The translations under genes were made by a program, and so were the position numbers. From positions 1-44,431 of the forward strand of contig CACZRG010000056.1 in assembly GCA_902783485.1 (NCBI GenBank): 44,431 nucleotides of DNA. Reading direction: 5' to 3'. The first letter of the stretch is position 1, and each line of letters opens with the position of its first letter. A model generated the notes under the pieces. That model was not told the origin of the DNA. It saw only the letters and a list, made by a program, of their open reading frames with translations, and did no database searches. This document shows, in pieces, positions 43,456 through 44,431 of the stretch. This DNA is from an uncultured Elusimicrobium sp. Its GTDB lineage: Bacteria > Elusimicrobiota > Elusimicrobia > Elusimicrobiales > UBA9959.

Positions 43456-44226
43456 TTATATTTTCTGAAAATGAATGACACGTGTAAATTTATCAGCCTT
43501 GAGACTCTCACCGCCAACAAGTGCTCCGTCTATATCAGGCTGCGCCATAAGTTCATCCACATTTGTTGCCTTCACACTGCCACCGTAAAGAATGCGCAAT
43601 GCATCTGCAAAATTTTTTCCATACATTTTTTCCATATGGGAACGTATGAAAACATGTGTAGCCTCAGCAACATCAGGTGTGGCTGTTTTTCCTGTTCCTA
43701 TAGCCCATACAGGCTCATAGGCTATTATCACTCTGGAAGCTTCCTCAGCTGTAATGCCTGCAAAATCACCGTCCAGCTGGGTAGCAAGCACATCGTTTGT
43801 CTTTCCACTCTCGCGGTCCTCAAGCATTTCGCCTATGCACAGAATCGGTGTTATGCCGTCCTTTATTGCTGTTTTCATCTTTTTATTTATGACTTCATCG
43901 GTCTCCATGAAAATATGACGGCGTTCGCTGTGTCCTAAAATGGAATGTGTACAGCCCGCATCTTTTATCTGTGCGGGTGAAACGGCACCGGTAAAAGCCC
44001 CCTTTTCCTCCCAGGCCATATCCTGCGAAGCCAGAAGTATTGGAGAGCCTTTGACAACTTCATGCACACAGTGAAGATTTGTAAAAGAAGGCGCCAGAAG
44101 CACTTCGTGCTTAAGGTCCGGACTTAAATTTTTTCTGAGTGCCGCCGCAAGCTCTGCGGCTTCTCCGGAAACCAGATTCATTTTCCAGTTACCGGCAATC
44201 ATGGGAATTCTATTTTTTGATGACAT
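43456..44226 (-). CDS. tpiA: Triosephosphate isomerase
   Basis: AGNWKMN, GHSERR, YEPVWAIGTG and YGGS are present. AAGGAG lies 8 nt upstream of the ATG at 44224-44226. The ORF-track start at 44271 is less likely. Confidence 0.94.
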   Translation of the reverse strand: MSSKNRIPMIAGNWKMNLVSGEAAELAAALRKNLSPDLKHEVLLAPSFTNLHCVHEVVKGSPILLASQDMAWEEKGAFTGAVSPAQIKDAGCTHSILGHSERRHIFMETDEVINKKMKTAIKDGITPILCIGEMLEDRESGKTNDVLATQLDGDFAGITAEEASRVIIAYEPVWAIGTGKTATPDVAEATHVFIRSHMEKMYGKNFADALRILYGGSVKATNVDELMAQPDIDGALVGGESLKADKFTRVIHFQKI

Positions 44227-44283
44227 TTTTACAGCTCCTTGATGAACTACAGTATATAAATAATTATACAATAATCGGCCTGA

Positions 44284-44431
44284 TTATTTATGTTCTGATG
44301 AACCTGTTTCAGATGTCCGCGGAACGGTTGTCATGTTTTTTTTACTATCCCTGCCTGCTTCCATTGCGTAAATACGCCTTGCCACCTCATCAAGATAAAG
44401 TTTTGCCTGTCTGTGTTCCGGATCCACCTCA
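44284..44431 (-). CDS. C-terminal fragment of a hypothetical protein (truncated by window edge)
   Basis: The reverse-strand frame ...EVDPEHRQAKLYLDEVARRIYAMEAGRDSKKNMTTVPRTSETGSSEHK* is open to the window end, with its stop at 44284-44286. It continues the same-strand gene array. Confidence 0.4.
   Translation of the reverse strand, partial: EVDPEHRQAKLYLDEVARRIYAMEAGRDSKKNMTTVPRTSETGSSEHK

Noticed and set aside
1-44431. A scan for CRISPR arrays, IS or transposase ends, rRNA, retron/DGR reverse transcriptases, toxin-antitoxin pairs and known defence genes
   Set aside because: I saw no regularly spaced direct repeats, no terminal inverted repeats flanking a transposase-like ORF and no RT, nuclease or helicase defence signatures. 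The repeats found are coding tandem repeats or terminator hairpins. This was a by-eye scan, so short or diverged elements could have been missed.

Overview
This is a chromosomal, mostly housekeeping window of moderate GC (about 45% by eye). The host is a diderm bacterium: Pal/CpoB/TolB, OmpA-family lipoproteins, an autotransporter-type barrel and many lipobox proteins are present. It also carries Firmicute-like traits, namely an hrcA-grpE-dnaK-dnaJ-rsmE-mtaB operon and a short-form DnaK. I call about 42 CDS and 3 tRNAs (Ser-CGA, Arg-CCU, Pro-CGG). Positions 10.1-44.4 kb form an unbroken, tightly packed minus-strand gene array containing comM-dprA-topA-xerC, the dnaK operon, an ABC-F gene, typA, a sigma factor, apt, envelope proteins, a serpin and tpiA-pduL-deoC. 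I saw no CRISPR array, IS or transposase, prophage genes, rRNA or recognisable defence genes. The best candidate for something undescribed is a translationally coupled gene pair at 18.8-21.8 kb, appended to the dnaK operon. It consists of a 216-aa coiled-coil/Pro-rich protein and a 783-aa protein. The larger protein has a clear DnaA-domain-III-like AAA+ core, a ~300-aa Pro/Ala/Gln-rich linker and no DnaA DNA-binding domain. The two proteins may share a C-terminal alpha/beta domain. Secondary observations: a duplicated terminator plus tRNA-Ser 3' end bracketing a 143-nt hairpin-rich tRNA-like element; a consensus sigma70 promoter with only a degenerate CIRCE at hrcA; a lipoprotein serpin with predicted P1 Lys; tRNAs embedded inside mRNA operons; a dif-like motif at the xerC 3' end; and terminator-like hairpins directly in front of the topA and ABC-F start codons. 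All functional calls come from motif recognition by eye. No database search was run.
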